Shown: one piece after another, positions 57,604 through 64,000 of the stretch
Position numbering within the stretch: the stretch's first letter is position 1
Layout: each line of letters begins with the position of its first letter
From: Ministeria vibrans ATCC 50519
Taxonomy: Eukaryota > Protista > Filasterea
NCBI GenBank assembly: GCA_943704425.1
Contig: CALSCP010001139.1
Coordinates: forward strand, 1-64,000
Length of the DNA stretch: 64,000 nt
Reading direction: 5' to 3'
Program-made: the position numbers and the translations under genes
Notes under the pieces: model-generated
What the model was told of the DNA's origin: nothing
Databases searched by the model: none
What the model saw: only the letters and a program-made list of their open reading frames with translations

Positions 57604-57885
57604 GAACCCAAAGTAAAGTGATCAAACAATCATTTGTCCCGGAAACAAACACATTTTCATACAACTTGACGAACCCAAAGTAAAGAACGTGATCAAACAA
57701 TCATTTGTCCCGGAAACAAACACATTTTCATACAACTTGACGAACCCAAAGTAAAGAACGTGATCAAACAATCATTTGTCCCGGAAACAAACACATTTTC
57801 ATACAACTTGACGAACCCAAAGTGAAGAACGCGATCAAAAAATCATTTGTCCATCGGCAACAAACACATTTTCATACAACTTGAC
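57604..57885. repeat. Four-copy tandem minisatellite with a unit of about 71 bp, between convergent P450 and XPD 3' ends
   Basis: Unit gaacccaaagtaaagaacgtgatcaaacaatcatttgtcccggaaacaaacacattttcatacaacttgac; copies 2 and 3 are identical, copies 1 and 4 are diverged. Confidence 0.95.
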
Positions 57886-57903
57886 TATACATGCACCTCT
57901 CCT

Positions 57904-61433
<3,530 letters not shown>

Positions 61434-61609
61434 GGCAAGTCGACAAAGAGAGGGAGAAGGAGAGAGGGAGAAAAAAAAAATGAAAGTATGAAACTGAAAA
61501 AAAAGAAGAAATTCGTTGATCAACGTCCAAAGAAGCAGTGAAGCAAATAAGAAGCGAATATTTTTCTTTTTTTATTATACTTTACAACAATATTAATATA
61601 ATATATCCT

Positions 61610-63206
61610 TTATTGACCTCCCTTCTTTTGAATCTCAATCGCCATCTTCTCGCACACGCGACACACAAAGGGAACCGAACATATTTCGTTGTTGAGTTTC
61701 CTCAGCGGTTTCAAATCCCACGCAAAGTAACTCTCGTAGAGTTCGCGACTCGCAATAATCTTATTGATCTCCGCCGCCATTTCGATCGGAGTGTAATCGG
61801 ACGTTTTCAAGAGTGATTTGGGTCCAGGTACAACCTACACACACAAAAAGAGAGAGGCAAAAAAAAACAGTCAAACATTCGACTTACCAACTTCCTCTCA
61901 CTCACACCCAATACGACCATAGTCCTTACCTGATCAACTTCCTTTGCGCCCAAAAAGAGGGGAATGCACTTGCTACGCAATGCATGGTAGACCTTTTCGG
62001 TGACGTAGTGCGGGTAAAAGTCGTTCTCCATAGCAATGGCAAACATGTACTTGTTCATGACTGCCATCTGAATGCACATACACCACACCACATCGCGTAT
62101 CACACACAATAGTCAGTCACACACACACACCTAATCATCGTGATAACCATTCACCTTATCGTGTTCCCATTCGCCGAACGACCCTCGTTTAATCTCGGGC
62201 TGATTGCGTAGACACCCTCCAAACGAGTCAATCGTCACATTCGCTGCCATCAAGCCCTTGATGTAGTCAAGGCGGTTGCTTCGTGCAGCACAGTTGCTAC
62301 AGACACACTTAAAACGTCAGAATGAATGGTACTACTGAACGGATCGACTTCACCTGATAATCATAGCAACGCGCGGCAGTCGCGAGCCCCACTCGGGCGC
62401 AGACGGCTCTGGCTCGACAATGTCCTTAAGCCACGAACAGGCGTAAGGTAGAGGTACGTCTGAATCGAGAACATAGCTGATCTTGTAGTCGTAGTGTGCC
62501 CGCTGAGACACAAAGTTTTCGTGTTCTGGTTCGTGAGTCAACGTAAAAATGTACTGCGATGGATGATTCGCTCGCCACGCCCGCAATTTGCCGCTCTCCC
62601 AGATCACCTAGCAGAAACCAAAGAAGTTTGAGTCACACAAAAGTTGACGCGAGGCGATATACAAATACGTGAAGCGAAAAAGTTTACCGTCTTTCGATCG
62701 ATCAAACTTCCAGTCGACTGATCTGCTCGCGTGTGATCGTGATGCGCATCGCACCGCACCCGCTTGCACTGCTTTGCCTCCTCAATCCATCGTGAAGGGT
62801 TGCCACCGTAGAACTTGTTGATGTAGTCGTAGTCGTAAATGTACAGTGACACGGCCGGCAAAGAGGACGAAGAGGTCGACGGCGACTTGGTGTCTGCGGT
62901 GACAGTGCCAGGCGCAGCCACCGCCTCCTGCCCTGCCCCGGCTGGAGGCTCGTCTGGCACAACAGGCGGAGAGGGAGGAGCCACAACAGCAGCAGCATCA
63001 GCAGCAGCAGGCGGGGGAGCAAGAGGGGGAAGGGCAGCAGAGCGCGAAGGAGGTCTCCAATCTGTCTCATCTTCGGACGCCCCTCCCGACGCCCCTCGCG
63101 ATAGACTCGTCAAACCAACGTCCGCAAACCGTTCTCGAAAGGGATAGGCAACGATCAAGAGTGCTGCAATCAACATGAGCACTCTGGTGATGGACAGTCG
63201 TGCCAT
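61610..63206 (-). CDS. Alpha-1,3-fucosyltransferase-like (GT10), type II Golgi membrane protein, multi-exon
   Basis: N-terminal TM and Pro/Ala stem; [12 protein letters not shown]; [10 protein letters not shown]; [19 protein letters not shown] (GT10 motif). Confidence 0.88.
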
Positions 63207-63433
63207 TTTGAATCGAAAGGAAAAAAAATGACTTGAATTATTTTGATTTTTGAGAGGTATGTCAAATTTCAATTGTACTCTCTGTTAACTATTTTTTCTT
63301 ATTCGCCCACGGCCGGCACACAGTCTTTAGTTTGCATATTATCAAAATCCAAAAAAAACACAAAAGATTAATGAGTTATGAGTTTGCATCAGTAAGTAAA
63401 CAAACAAATTATAATATTGTACACAATGGCTGT

Positions 63434-64000
63434 TTACAAGAGCCTCAATGATTGCAGCCAATCTACAAGGTCAACGGGAACGGCAACCTTGTTGCGCACA
63501 ATGGCAATGCGCGCGCGATTCGCCAGAGTCCACCATTTCTTGTCCATTAACACCCGCAGTGCGTCGCCCGGCAGTCTTCGATACATTCCCAGGACATAGT
63601 CCCGCACACGCTCGCCATTGTGCTCGCAGATCACACTCGGATCACCGCCCATCTTCAGCAGCATCTCAACCGTCTGAGCGCGTCGTGTACCCTGCGACAG
63701 ACATGCGAACAGCAGTGCATTCTCTTCGTTCACGTCCACTCCATGCTCCACCAGTAACTGCGCAATCTCCACGCGTGAGTAGATGCACGCCGTCTTCAAC
63801 AACGTTCGATCGCGCACCGGCGGGTTCTTGAGCGGATTCGCGCCACGCTATACAAAAGAATATCAAAAAATGACACCAGAAATTGATTACATTTTGTGTG
63901 CCTACATCGAGCAAAAACCTGACAACGTCACTGTGTCCCATGGCCACAGCACGGTACAGGGGCGTCTCCAAATCAACGTCATCGGGCTTGTCCAAAAGTT
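63434..64000 (-). CDS. Ankyrin-repeat protein, 3' part, with a possible SOCS/BC-box-like C-terminus
   Basis: ETPLYRAVAMGH..VVRFLL, intron, GANP..LLKTAC..LVEHGVDVNE; 5' end lies outside the window. Confidence 0.75.

Noticed and set aside
57604-57885. CRISPR-like array
   Set aside because: Units are contiguous with no unique spacers, no cas genes are present, and the context is eukaryotic.

Overview
Gene-dense eukaryotic nuclear DNA: about 25 protein-coding genes in 64 kb, with GC-rich exons, short AT-rich or microsatellite-rich introns (GT-AG, one probable GC-AG), very short intergenic spacers and four N gaps. I traced most exon junctions by hand. Gene content includes animal-type actin, VWA3B, an ERK5-like MAPK, p22phox, a tail-anchored classical PTP, an ADAM10-like protease and a Ki-67-like protein. 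This suggests a flagellated unicellular holozoan or related amorphean protist (inference, not a species ID). No rRNA, tRNA, CRISPR or transposase was seen. Four loci stand out. (1) A Ki-67-like gene has the FHA, PP1-binding, Ki-67-repeat-like and basic-tail architecture plus 20 tandem WH2-like repeats, each headed by a CDK site. (2) A giant membrane protein fuses an ADAM10-like sheddase to more than 30 Notch-type EGF repeats; seven EGFs carry whole domains inserted in their beta-hairpin, one of them a blue-copper cupredoxin. (3) A spliced cysteine-desulfurase/TtcA tRNA-thiolase fusion. (4) A Tse2-like ADP-ribosyltransferase-fold gene. All family calls come from recognised motifs, not database searches.
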